Notes under the pieces: generated by a model
Seen by the model: the letters and a program-made list of their open reading frames with translations, nothing else
The model's database searches: none
What the model was told of the DNA's origin: nothing
Made by a program: the position numbers and the translations under genes
NCBI GenBank assembly: GCA_963801605.1
Contig: CAWDFP010000006.1
Coordinates: forward strand, 288,001-352,000
Direction: 5' to 3'
Source: an uncultured candidate division Zixibacteria bacterium
GTDB lineage: Bacteria > Zixibacteria > MSB-5A5 > UBA10806
DNA length: 64,000 bases
Shown here: one piece after another, positions 40,992 through 51,507 of the stretch
Numbering within the stretch: position 1 is the first letter of the stretch
Layout of the letters: each line of letters opens with the position of its first letter

Positions 40992-42770
40992 TTATTGCAG
41001 CTTCAGAATACCAAAGCTATCAGGATTGTAATCAATAGGAACCTGCCAGTCGCCCGCTGTATTTAAGCGCTTTTGTTTACGGAGGAAATTTAATCCCCAG
41101 CTCTGATTGGGCGCTGCTATTATTCCAAGCTGTTTTAGCGGGATTGATACTTCTAAATCCCAATAATCCTTACCGCTTCTAGTTTTTATTTTATAGTTTC
41201 CGTTCCAGGATTTCTCTCCTTCGAAATAACCAAAAATGCCTTTAGAAATCTTTTGATCGAGAATCGTACCAAGCGGATTGATATATATCTGGTAGGCGGT
41301 ATCTATTTGTGGATTGGGTTGAATGAAGAAGCCGACGCAGTCCTCGCCACTGACGGATCCATCCCGCTTCTTAACGCTGGCGACAAGTGAATTCATAGCT
41401 GATTCCTGGCAATGGGCCGCCAGGTATAGATTGTCCTTATCGTATGAAAAATAAAACCAGGTTGCTTCGATTTTGGCAGTGCTACCATCGGGGGCAAACA
41501 ACACGTGTTCCGGATTTTTCCAGCACTTATCGTTTAGCTTACCATCGATGGACGGAGGCGATCCAGCCGGGTTAGCGGCGGCAAATCGAGCGATCTTTAA
41601 ATCTTTTACTATCGGAATGGTCTTGTTTTCGGCAAAAGGAAATCCAATGGTTACTGTCGGTACTGGATAAAGATTGCCGCTGGACGTTACTTGAAATGAG
41701 ACTTGCTTTTTACCCTTGGGCATTATAGCCAGATTTTCCTCGGCGGGCTGAATCGACCAACCCCGAGGAACGCTCCAACGGATTGTATCATTGAGAGTTT
41801 GAGCCGAAATATTATTAAATTCGATAGTGGCAATGCCATTCGATATTTTCAAATCATCACCAACGGGCGCCTTGGCGATAAAGACCAGGCCGTTTTGAAT
41901 GATGTTGTCGGCTACATGCTCTTCGCCGGCCGTGACAATGTCCCAGGGTTTAACTGATCCTTTTTTTATAGGCGCGATATCGATGGCGCTATCGCTCAGA
42001 GTTACCCAGGTAAAATGATAGTCGAGTCCGCCGGGAACGGCATCGGCGATACCGCCGGAGCTTCCCAAAGCTGTATACAAGATACCATCGATCCTGGTGC
42101 TGAAATAGGTATGCAGATGGCCGTTGAAAACGGCGTCAACGCCATAAGCTTTGAATAAGGAATGAAGCGTATCTGGTTTTCCCATTACGATTGTATCATA
42201 CCAAAACGGCTTATGATAAAATACCAGGGTCTTGGCGGCGTCTTTGTTGGCCGACAAATCCCCGGCCAGCCAGGTAAGTTCGTCAGACGGCAATTCCTCG
42301 CCTGATTCCCAGCGGGTAACATCGAGCACTACAAAATGGAAATTGCGGACATTGAAGGAATAATATGGTTTGCCGATTCTGTGCTGATATGTCGGCAGGG
42401 CAGCGTTACTGGTAATATCGTGATTTCCCGGCGTAAGGTAGATTGGCATTGTAAGCGGTTTAATAATCGAAAGGTATTCATCCCACTGGGAATTGAGCGT
42501 CAGAGTATCCCCGGTATATCCCTGGATGGCGTCACCCACGGTAATTACAAAATCCGGCCTGAGTTCTTCAATTTCCCCCACGATCTCTTCGTAAATACCG
42601 GGAGTGGCCTGACTGGTCCGATCTCCAATTATGGCAAAACGGATTGGGGTGCTATTTAACGCCAAATTTTCGAAACTTATCCCGAATGCGCAGTTTTCGG
42701 CGAGGAGGACTACCGCGAATCCGACCAAAAAATGAAGTACTTTAGCTCTCATATTTTCCTCACTTATCAA
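40992..42770 (-). CDS. Exported calcineurin-like metallophosphoesterase with C-terminal CBM9/DOMON-like domain
   Basis: IIGD, VGD, PGNHD, YHKP, GHLH motifs; PSIDGKLND..W, YDKDNLYLA, DCVGFFI, WDLEVSIP. Confidence 0.8.
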   Translation of the reverse strand: MISEENMRAKVLHFLVGFAVVLLAENCAFGISFENLALNSTPIRFAIIGDRTSQATPGIYEEIVGEIEELRPDFVITVGDAIQGYTGDTLTLNSQWDEYLSIIKPLTMPIYLTPGNHDITSNAALPTYQHRIGKPYYSFNVRNFHFVVLDVTRWESGEELPSDELTWLAGDLSANKDAAKTLVFYHKPFWYDTIVMGKPDTLHSLFKAYGVDAVFNGHLHTYFSTRIDGILYTALGSSGGIADAVPGGLDYHFTWVTLSDSAIDIAPIKKGSVKPWDIVTAGEEHVADNIIQNGLVFIAKAPVGDDLKISNGIATIEFNNISAQTLNDTIRWSVPRGWSIQPAEENLAIMPKGKKQVSFQVTSSGNLYPVPTVTIGFPFAENKTIPIVKDLKIARFAAANPAGSPPSIDGKLNDKCWKNPEHVLFAPDGSTAKIEATWFYFSYDKDNLYLAAHCQESAMNSLVASVKKRDGSVSGEDCVGFFIQPNPQIDTAYQIYINPLGTILDQKISKGIFGYFEGEKSWNGNYKIKTRSGKDYWDLEVSIPLKQLGIIAAPNQSWGLNFLRKQKRLNTAGDWQVPIDYNPDSFGILKLQ

Positions 42771-42884
42771 TAATCGAAATATTTAAAATTCATATTATCG
42801 CCATCTAAATATCAATTGAAATGCTAAGGGATGGAAAAGGGAGTGTCAAGCCGCAATGAGTAAATAATCTATCCAATTAAATAT

Positions 42885-43247
42885 TTAATCGCCGGTTGGT
42901 TTAACCTCGGCGGCCTCAACCATGAGAACCACAGTGCGCTTTGGAGCCCGAGTCCGATGCAGTACTCCTCTGGGCACCATGATCCCCTGACGGGGCAGAA
43001 GTTCCTCTGTTCGTCCTTCGAGATCCAAAAACAGCTTGCCCTCAATAACGAAAAAAAATTCATCTTCGGCATCATGTTTATGCCAATGAAATTCACCCTC
43101 GAAAACTCCCAGCCGTATCACGCAATCGTTAACTCTGGTAAGCGACTGGTTCCACCAGAGATCGCGGCATTCGTCAGCCAGGCGCCCGATATCCTCATGT
43201 TCCAACGGCTTGTATTTTATATTGGTGTGGATAGAATATTCAGTCAT
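42885..43247 (-). CDS. Cupin domain protein
   Basis: GEFHWHKHDAEDEFFFVIEG...VPRGVLH. Confidence 0.88.
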   Translation of the reverse strand: MTEYSIHTNIKYKPLEHEDIGRLADECRDLWWNQSLTRVNDCVIRLGVFEGEFHWHKHDAEDEFFFVIEGKLFLDLEGRTEELLPRQGIMVPRGVLHRTRAPKRTVVLMVEAAEVKPTGD

Positions 43248-43966
43248 GTTTTTCCTTTATGATTTTGTTCGAATTATCTGCAATTTGTGCATTAATATAT
43301 ATTTGGGGGATCCAAATGTCATTTAAATGATTTGCCGATTAATTCGGGAATACTATAGGAATAGATTATATACCGAATGCATAAAAGCCGAAGGCTATTA
43401 CACTACAATCTATTGATCGACCACTTAAGGAGGAGCGCCCAGGTCGACTGGCCCTAAGCAATTAATTGTCAAGCGGTTATGGTGCGCCCTGGGTTTGATT
43501 GCCGACTTGATACAAATTATAGGCTGCCAATATCGTCTAATAATAGCTGATTTATGTTGATATAATATTTTTTTGTTATATTATGTATCAGTTAGTTTGA
43601 TCTTACACAATTAGACCCTATGGAGTTTATCGCTTAACGCTTGCGGCGTTACTATGCTTGAAAATTGGTAAACCTGTATGTTAATACCACGCGCTACGAA
43701 TTTAATCGAAATACATTCGAAAGGTTTTAAACATTATATGGGTTTAGATGCCAGACTCGCCTGTCTTGGTTGACAGCGTTTGGGAGAACGCAGAGAATGG
43801 CACGAGGGAAAAGCAAGCAAACTTCAAGCATTAAGGAGCCTGTCTAAACTACACCGAAAATTCGGTCAGCCTGAAAATCATCTATAGAAACCTCTGAAGC
43901 TGAAATGTCAGCTATAGGTTAAGCAGTAACGTTTTGGAGGTCTCAATGCGGGCAAGACATTGAGGT

Positions 43967-45217
43967 GTGCCTATGAACAAAGCTTATCCGATTAAGACAA
44001 ACGTCCTGTGGATTCATAGTTCCAGAGTTCATGTTTTCATGTATTCGGCGCTTATCGTTTTGACGCCGTTCATTCTGCTGCGAAACTATATGGTCCAGGC
44101 GATCTCTCTGCTATCTCAATCCTCATTTCCGGCTCTGGGGATACAAATCAAGGTAATGCCGGCTATTGCATTGTTGATAGCAATGGCACTTTTTTTTGCG
44201 CTTCGTAAACAAATCACGAAATTAAGGCTTCTGGCGGTCGCGATTGTAATTCTTCTCGACGCTCTGGCCCAACAGATTACCGATTATTATTTTGGACATC
44301 ACTTTTACGATCTTCAGCATAACTGGCATTATATCGCCTATGGACTGTATGCTTATGTAATCTACCGTGATTTAAATACCCGGGGCATGCCCTTGTACAA
44401 GATAATGCTGATTACATATTTTTCCGCACTTGGCTTGTCCGCGTTCGATGAAGCTTTCCAGATGTTCATGAGCAGCCGGGTATTTGATGTTTGTGATATT
44501 GGGAAGGATGTATGGGGGGTTTACATGGGGATGATTTTGGTTTATTTTTCCAGCAAGCGTTCCCTGCTTTTTAAGGATTGGCAGCATATCCGTCATAGGA
44601 AACTAAAAAATTATTACAGGCACTCTTTTACTCTTTTGGCGCTTCTTTTTATTCTTACATTAATATTTCTCAGCGTGGGATCTCTTTTATCCGAAACGGA
44701 ATATCTTCCTCAAGTTTTATTACTCACTATCGTATTTTTTGCAATGTTTTTCCTGATATGGCATTTTAGTCAGTTTAAAATCGGCAGAATAATTCTGCTA
44801 ACACTTTTGGTTACAGCAGTATTAGTACAGGGTGGATTCTTCCTAAAATATCGAAATAAAAACGTAATATATTCACAATTTGGTTTAACCGTGTATAAGG
44901 GCATTCCAATACCATTTTTCGATATCATGATATTTCCTGATGGCACTTTTCGCTTAGTCGATAAAAAACATTTTTTCAATCAAAGAGACCGCGACTTTTT
45001 CCTGCGAAAAAAATCCGATATTTTATTGATTTCAAGCGGCGTTTACGGCAAAGGCGGAAAGGGTTTTTCCGACCCTCGACATCAGTTTATGTACAATTCC
45101 TGGGCAAAGAAAGCTACCCAGGTAATTATTCAGAAAAACTCGGATGCCTTTGATACTTTCAATCGCCTAAAAGATGAAAATAAAAATGTTCTATTTATAA
45201 TTCATAATACCTGTTAG
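43967..45217 (+). CDS. Membrane protein: VanZ-like domain fused to C-terminal Mth938-like domain
   Basis: HYIAYG...DEAFQ...RVFDVCD (VanZ-like); C-terminal KH...DILLISSG...FNRL...IIHNTC (Mth938/DUF498-like). Confidence 0.6.
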   Translation: MPMNKAYPIKTNVLWIHSSRVHVFMYSALIVLTPFILLRNYMVQAISLLSQSSFPALGIQIKVMPAIALLIAMALFFALRKQITKLRLLAVAIVILLDALAQQITDYYFGHHFYDLQHNWHYIAYGLYAYVIYRDLNTRGMPLYKIMLITYFSALGLSAFDEAFQMFMSSRVFDVCDIGKDVWGVYMGMILVYFSSKRSLLFKDWQHIRHRKLKNYYRHSFTLLALLFILTLIFLSVGSLLSETEYLPQVLLLTIVFFAMFFLIWHFSQFKIGRIILLTLLVTAVLVQGGFFLKYRNKNVIYSQFGLTVYKGIPIPFFDIMIFPDGTFRLVDKKHFFNQRDRDFFLRKKSDILLISSGVYGKGGKGFSDPRHQFMYNSWAKKATQVIIQKNSDAFDTFNRLKDENKNVLFIIHNTC

Positions 45218-45229
45218 GGATTATAGAGT

Positions 45230-46114
45230 ATGAATAACAAACCTGAACCGATTAAGCCCACACGGACTAGAACTGTAATTACAATATGTCTTATGATAAT
45301 TTGGGCATCGCTTATATCCTTTACTTTTATTTCAGCCATTGAGCCTGCCTGGCTTAAAAATATCGCTCAGGTCGGAAGAAAGGGCGAAGCTGATGGCATG
45401 AAGGAGTATGGCGACTATTATCTGCGTCAAAAAGACTACCCGATGGCAATAGCCCAATATAAGACTGCACTTAAAATTAAACCGGATCTCGTGGGGGCCA
45501 TGGTTAATATCGCGGTGGCATATAATCTTTCGGGTAATGGTGAACAGGGACTGGCGATTTTGCATAGCGCGCTGAAACTCTATTCCAGGCGAACCGGAAC
45601 TATTTGTTATAACTTAGCGGAAATACTTCAAGGGCAAGGTAAAACGCGGGAGGCGCTCGAATATTATTTGAAAGCGTTAAATTCTGATGCCAAGCAGGAT
45701 TTAGTTAATTGCATGCTCGGCGCATTGTATTTTGACGCTAAAAACTATGGCGAAGCGCGCAAATCATTCGAAAACGCCTTAGTCATTCAATCCAATCCGG
45801 TCACACCATTGGTAAATATGATAAAAGTGGCCATATCCAATTATGAAGATGATAAGGATAATTTGTCGGTTCTCGAACAGATGCTTAATGATGACGTAGA
45901 TACATCCAAAATGAAAAATTACGATTTAATAACCATTGAGTCTGTTAATGAAAGTAATTCCGCAATAGCTAAAACTCACAATTACCTTGGAGCAATCTGC
46001 GCCATCCAGGGGGACACCCTTCAAGCCATAAAGCATTTCCGGGAATCCAATCAAATCTGGCCCAATAATGTGGACGCCATTAATCAGCTCAAGTTATTAA
46101 CCGGAAAAAAATAA
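45230..46114 (+). CDS. Membrane-anchored TPR protein
   Basis: N-terminal TM; repeats such as AIAQYKTALKIKP, ALEYYLKAL, HNYLGAICA. Confidence 0.8.
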   Translation: MNNKPEPIKPTRTRTVITICLMIIWASLISFTFISAIEPAWLKNIAQVGRKGEADGMKEYGDYYLRQKDYPMAIAQYKTALKIKPDLVGAMVNIAVAYNLSGNGEQGLAILHSALKLYSRRTGTICYNLAEILQGQGKTREALEYYLKALNSDAKQDLVNCMLGALYFDAKNYGEARKSFENALVIQSNPVTPLVNMIKVAISNYEDDKDNLSVLEQMLNDDVDTSKMKNYDLITIESVNESNSAIAKTHNYLGAICAIQGDTLQAIKHFRESNQIWPNNVDAINQLKLLTGKK

Positions 46115-46227
46115 CATCCCCCCATTAAGGCTCCAGGCGAATTTTCTAAAAGTTGAGGAAAAATCGCCTTGTAATTGTTATGTCCGAATTGTTAAATATA
46201 TTGAAATTATCGAATTAATAAACGAGG

Positions 46228-47016
46228 ATGAGTATAATGAAGATACCTATTTATCAAATCGATGCGTTCGCTGATAAAATGTTCTCCGGAAATCCGGCGG
46301 CAGTCTGTCCCCTGAATGAGTGGATAGAAGATAGCCTCATGCATAATATCGCCGCTGAAAACAATCTGGCCGAGACAGCCTTTTTTGTCTCAAGAGGCGA
46401 CATCTTCGAGATTCGCTGGTTTACTCCCGCGGCTGAGATCAATCTTTGCGGTCACGCCACGCTGGCATCGGCACACGTTCTCTTCAGGCATCTTGATTAT
46501 AAAAAAGACAAAATCATTTTTACCTGTAAAAGCGGCGAGTTGGTTGTTTCCAAAGCCGGGGATATCATAACATTAAATTTCCCATCCAATAAACCTGCCC
46601 CCGTTTCTATGCCCTCGGGATTAATAGAGGCGATCGGAGCAAAACCTGATGAAATCTATAAAGCCAGAGACTTTATGGCTGTTTTTCGGTCCGCCAATGA
46701 TATAATGACAATCCGGCCAAATTTTGATCTACTTGCCAGAGTCGATGCTCATGGTATTATTGTTACCGCACCTGGTGGTGATTGCGATTTCGTCTCGCGC
46801 TTCTTTGCACCAAGATTAGGGATAAACGAAGACCCTGTTACGGGTTCGGCACAAACAACTTTAATTCCCTTTTGGTCTGAGAGGCTGGGGAAGAAAAAGA
46901 TGCGGGCTCGGCAACTTTCAAAGCGCGGCGGTGAACTTTTTTGCGAGGATCTTGAAAATCGAGTTCTTATTAGCGGCAGAGCGGTGACATATTTACGGGG
47001 AGAGATCGAAGTATAA
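46228..47016 (+). CDS. PhzF family isomerase/epimerase
   Basis: QIDAF...GNPAAV, ENNLAETAF, RWFTP..EINLCGHATLA, EDPVTGSA. Confidence 0.92.
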   Translation: MSIMKIPIYQIDAFADKMFSGNPAAVCPLNEWIEDSLMHNIAAENNLAETAFFVSRGDIFEIRWFTPAAEINLCGHATLASAHVLFRHLDYKKDKIIFTCKSGELVVSKAGDIITLNFPSNKPAPVSMPSGLIEAIGAKPDEIYKARDFMAVFRSANDIMTIRPNFDLLARVDAHGIIVTAPGGDCDFVSRFFAPRLGINEDPVTGSAQTTLIPFWSERLGKKKMRARQLSKRGGELFCEDLENRVLISGRAVTYLRGEIEV

Positions 47017-47124
47017 GATAGAACTGAGACCGCCCATTTTATCAAACCTGGTATTTTTACTAATTATGTTTGGGTGTCAGGCCTGGCATTGGATATGGGA
47101 AAGTTAAATTAAAGAGAAGGAATA

Positions 47125-49044
47125 ATGAAATACCGTCAAATTAGCCTGCTGTTAGCGGCCCTGATATTTCAGCTATTAGCGGTTTCAAATCGGCCGCTGG
47201 CGGAAACGGTCTCGGATGCGATCACATTAAGGGTGGATGCTTCCGAAATCAGCAGAAAAATATTGCATGTTTCCGAAACGATTCCAACCGAGCCGGGCGA
47301 ATTATCTTTATGCTACGCCAAATGGATACCCGGCGAGCATGGCCCGACCGGACCGGTGGTTGATTTGGCTGGACTAATAATTAAAACCGGCGATAGGATA
47401 TTGGATTGGCGACGCGATCTGGTTGATATGTACACCATTTATGTGGAGATTCCGGAACAAGCTAAACAGATCGATCTATCGTTCGATTTCATTTTATCTC
47501 CGCAATCGGAAGGGTTTTCGTCCGGGGCATCATCCACCAGTCAAATGGGGGTTATTAGCTGGAATCAGGTGGTATTATATCCGTGCGATCAATTATCAGA
47601 CAGTATCAATATTACTCCATCGCTAATACTGCCTCAAGGATGGAAATTGGGAACCGCGCTGGAATCAATATTCCTTTCCGAAAATGCTGTAAATTTTAAA
47701 CCGGTATCTTTAACAAGACTCATAGATTCTCCGGTGCTTATAGGTCGATATTTCAATAAAATCGATGTTTCACCGGTTCCTGGAGTCCCACATTATTTGG
47801 ATCTTGCCGCCGATGACAATGATGCTATAGATATGCCGCAATGGCAGATCGAAGCTTACAAACGTTTAATATTGGAGGCAAACAGTCTGTTCGGGGCGCG
47901 TCATTATGATCATTATGACTTTCTTGTTTCGCTTAGCAGCAAGATTGCCAATTTCGGACTAGAACATCACGAATCCAGCGATGACAGGTTGCCGGAAAAG
48001 GCAATCACCGACAGCAGCGTTCAAAGAGCCTGGGCATCGCTTCTTTCCCACGAATACGCTCATTCCTGGAATGGCAAATATAAACGTCCAATAGGATTGG
48101 CGGCAAATAAATATTCTGATCCATCGAAAGGCGATCTTCTCTGGGTTTATGAGGGTTTGACCACTTATTTGGGAGAGATGCTGGCCGCCCGCTCCGGCCT
48201 AAGAACACCTGAGGATTTCAGGGAGAATCTGGCATTGCAGGCTGCCAGACTGAACAATCTGCCTGGCAGAACGTGGCGGTCATTACAGGATGTATCGAAC
48301 TCGGCCCAGATACTATACGGCGCCAGAGAGGATTGGCAATCTCTTCGACGCGGAGTTGATTTTTATGACGAGAGCTATTTAATCTGGCTGGAAGCGGACG
48401 TGATTATTCGCGAGTTAAGTAATGGCAAAAAATCGCTTGATGATTTCTGTAAACAATTTTACGGTGGTGTAAACAGCGGACCGCAGGTCAGTTCATATAC
48501 TTACTATGATATCGTTTCATCATTAAATAATATTATTCCCTATGATTGGAACACTTTTCTAACCGATCGTCTTGATTCTCTCGATGCTCACGCTCCATTG
48601 GGAGGAATAGAACAAAGCGGCTGGAAACTTATATATCGTGAATCGCCCGGTGGTCTTCAGGAGATATTTGAAAATGATGATAAGGCTATCGACGCCCGGT
48701 ATTCGATAGGCCTATACCTTGATGAAAGCGGCAAAATCGAGGACATTATTCCTGGTTTTCCAGCTGCCAACGCCGGACTGGCGCCCGGTATGAATATCGT
48801 GGCGATTAATGGAAGAAAATTCTCCAAAGACGTTTTCCGTAATATTATGAAAGACGCCATGAAAGGCTTATCGCCTATGGAATTCTTAATTGAGAATTGT
48901 GATTTTTTCAGCACTCATTTAATAGATTATCACGGGGGCGAACGTTATCCGGTCCTGGAACGAGATAACAGCAAGCCTGATATCCTCCTGAAAATTATCA
49001 AACCAAAGGTAAAAACAAATCCATTGAAAAAAGTTCAACAATAA
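47125..49044 (+). CDS. M61 family metallo-aminopeptidase with C-terminal PDZ
   Basis: Signal peptide; WIPGEH, GLEHHESS, LLSHEYAHSWNGK, LWVYEGLTTY; PAANAGLAPG..IVAING. Confidence 0.92.
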   Translation: MKYRQISLLLAALIFQLLAVSNRPLAETVSDAITLRVDASEISRKILHVSETIPTEPGELSLCYAKWIPGEHGPTGPVVDLAGLIIKTGDRILDWRRDLVDMYTIYVEIPEQAKQIDLSFDFILSPQSEGFSSGASSTSQMGVISWNQVVLYPCDQLSDSINITPSLILPQGWKLGTALESIFLSENAVNFKPVSLTRLIDSPVLIGRYFNKIDVSPVPGVPHYLDLAADDNDAIDMPQWQIEAYKRLILEANSLFGARHYDHYDFLVSLSSKIANFGLEHHESSDDRLPEKAITDSSVQRAWASLLSHEYAHSWNGKYKRPIGLAANKYSDPSKGDLLWVYEGLTTYLGEMLAARSGLRTPEDFRENLALQAARLNNLPGRTWRSLQDVSNSAQILYGAREDWQSLRRGVDFYDESYLIWLEADVIIRELSNGKKSLDDFCKQFYGGVNSGPQVSSYTYYDIVSSLNNIIPYDWNTFLTDRLDSLDAHAPLGGIEQSGWKLIYRESPGGLQEIFENDDKAIDARYSIGLYLDESGKIEDIIPGFPAANAGLAPGMNIVAINGRKFSKDVFRNIMKDAMKGLSPMEFLIENCDFFSTHLIDYHGGERYPVLERDNSKPDILLKIIKPKVKTNPLKKVQQ

Positions 49045-49198
49045 TTAAAACAAACCGATATTCGACGGTACGCAAAATTTATCGCCCCGTTTTATACCGA
49101 TTTAATGGTAGATTAGATGGTTGTGGGATATTATTGGGCTAATATTATAGTTGGATTTCCCAAAAGTGACGAAAGAAATTGTGTCGGAATTTAAAAAA

Positions 49199-49271
49199 CT
49201 CCCGGGGCCGGATTCGAACCAGCGACCCAGTGGTTAACAGCCACTTGCTCTGCCAGCTGAGCTACCCGGGA
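49199..49271 (-). tRNA. tRNA-Asn(GTT)
   Basis: TCCCGGGTAGCTCAGCTGGCAGAGCAAGTGGCTGTTAACCACTGGGTCGCTGGTTCGAATCCGGCCCCGGGAG; cloverleaf, GTT anticodon, CCA not encoded. Confidence 0.96.
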
Positions 49272-49359
49272 TTATTCAATTATCAGCCTGTTAAGATAGG
49301 CAAAAGGTTGATTCTGTCAAGAATTTTATACCAGAAATACATCGGCGAATTTGCCTTAT

Positions 49360-50641
49360 CTACAGCAGTATCCCCGCCACGCAGCAGGTGCACCAGCTGG
49401 CAAACGCGCCGCAAAGCATCGCCTTTAGCCCCAGACTTCGCCAGATCGCCTCGTCGATCCGGAGCCAATGCCGAAATCCCGCCGATCTGAATACCGACCG
49501 AGCCCAAATTCGAGAAGCCGCAAAGGGCATAGGTAGCCAGAATCGCTGTTCGGGGATCTATATGACCCGCATAAGCCCTCAAGCTTCGTGTAGGAAACAA
49601 ATTCATTTATCATAACTTGAGTGCCCAAGTAGATCGCCGAATTGTGGCGCATCTTTCCAGGGAATGCCCATCAGCCAGGCCAATGGCGACATCACCTTTC
49701 CAAAAATCGCGGACAGAGTAGAGATCTTTATGAATCATGACCCAGCACCAGATTAATCAGGGCAATAATCCCGATAAATGCTATCAACATGGCAGCGACA
49801 TTAAGCGCCAGATTGCAGACCGTCGCCGGTGCCGCCGCGCATGGCATCAATTCCGTTGCGATGTAAGTTTTTCAGTCGGCAGTTTGACATTGCCGGCCGT
49901 TTCCGGCTGATCGATTTCGGGCCGCATAATTTTGGCCATCATCAGCCCGGCCGGGGCGACATTATTGATGCTGACAGAAGATGTCCGGCAATATTGGGAA
50001 TCGAATCCTTCAAGCAGACCGACATAAGCTGCCATCACACCACCGGCAATCGTCGCAAAACCGCCCACCATGATGGCGTTAAGCTCCGACATTGTCATTT
50101 TCGAGAGATATGGTTTTATCACCAGTGGCGCTTCAGTTTGGCCGACAAATATGTTGGAAGCAGCCGATAGAGACTCCGCGCCTGATGTTTTCATTGTCTT
50201 CGACATTATCCGGGCCATAAAGAGCACAATCCGTTGCATAATGCCATAGTGGTAGAGAAGACTCATAAGCGCGGAGAAGAATATGATTGTCGGAAGAACG
50301 GAAAATGCAAATATCGCAGAGCCGTGATTAGCGAAAAGATCTTGAAATTGCTTAAATCCACCCACGCCATTCTGGCCGACCGGAACGAACATATTAACCA
50401 GATTACCGAAAACAAAAGCCGCCCCCTCCTGAGCACAACCCAAAATTCCTATGACGACATCGTTGACTTTAAGGAAAAACCACTTGCCGGGTCCGGTTTT
50501 TAGCACAATCAAAGCAAATAAAAACTGCAATGCCAGACCCCACCCGATGATTCGAAGCTTGACCGCTCGTTTATTTGCCGATAACAGGTAAATTATACTA
50601 ATCATGGTTAAAATGCCCAATATTCCAATAAACCTATGCAT
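49360..50641 (-). pseudogene. nupC: NupC/CNT family nucleoside transporter with multiple frameshifts
   Basis: FAFSVLPTIIFFSAL, SGAESLSAASNIFVGQTEAPL, GGFATIAGGV. Downstream motifs (HLLSAS, ALNVAAMLIAFI, NEFVSY, YALCGFSNLGS, GILL*) lie in several different frames. Confidence 0.8.
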
Positions 50642-50781
50642 GATCTATCCTTTCCAAAAATATTAATTTATCAAATTCAAGCGGTTTGGGAGCCAACTTC
50701 GCAAGAAAAGCAACCCATTAAGTTGACTTATATCACAAAAACCGAAGAATTAAAAGCAGACTTAAGAAGAAAGGAAACGAA

Positions 50782-51264
50782 TTATTCAAGCGGCAGCTCA
50801 ATATCCATCCAGCAATTAGATTTGTGCCCCAGTTCTTTTGCAAAATAGTCGAGGAGCGGCTGACGAGACTCTTTCCTTAACACGCCTCCGTCAGCAGTCA
50901 GACCGGCCTGTTTGTGGAAGTTATATTTGGTGCCGCACGCCCCGGCGATTGTATCAATTTCGCCAAAGACCACGCGGTTGATTTTATAGTGGATCATCGC
51001 CCCGGTACACATGGCGCAGGGTTCAAGGGTGGAATAGATGGTGACACCCGAAAGATCGAAATCGAGCTTTTGCGATGAGAGATTCCGCAGGCACATCATT
51101 TCGGCGTGAGCGGTGATATCGGACAGGGCGTTGCGACGGTTATGGCCGCGGGCCACGATCTGGCCATCCTTGACGGCAACAGCCCCGATCGGCACTTCGC
51201 CCTCGGCGAATCCTTTGAGCGCCTCGGCCACCGCCTCGGACATGAATTTCTCATCGATTGTCAT
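50782..51264 (-). CDS. tadA: tRNA adenosine(34) deaminase / nucleoside deaminase
   Basis: GEVPIGAV, DITAHAE, TLEPCAMC, VVFG..D..AGA.G. Confidence 0.75.
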   Translation of the reverse strand: MTIDEKFMSEAVAEALKGFAEGEVPIGAVAVKDGQIVARGHNRRNALSDITAHAEMMCLRNLSSQKLDFDLSGVTIYSTLEPCAMCTGAMIHYKINRVVFGEIDTIAGACGTKYNFHKQAGLTADGGVLRKESRQPLLDYFAKELGHKSNCWMDIELPLE

Positions 51265-51507
51265 CTCTTATTCCCCTTTTTGAAAGTGCAAGAACCGAAA
51301 GGCCGGCCAGATGGGACAATGCGGGCATAAAAAAACCGCTGCCTTTACGCTTCTGACGCGTTCCAGACCACGATAGGGGAATTTAACTTGAAGGAACGGG
51401 ATTGTCAATGGCGGTTTTCTATACTCATTTCCCGCATTAAATATCGGAAATATCTGGTGAATAAAACACTTTTGCCCTTTCATGTTTAGGCGTATATTAA
51501 ACTTACT

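Noticed and set aside
49044..49360. tRNA-Asn as an integration site of an island or prophage
   Set aside because: No integrase, no duplicated tRNA 3' end seen, and no phage or IS genes in the window
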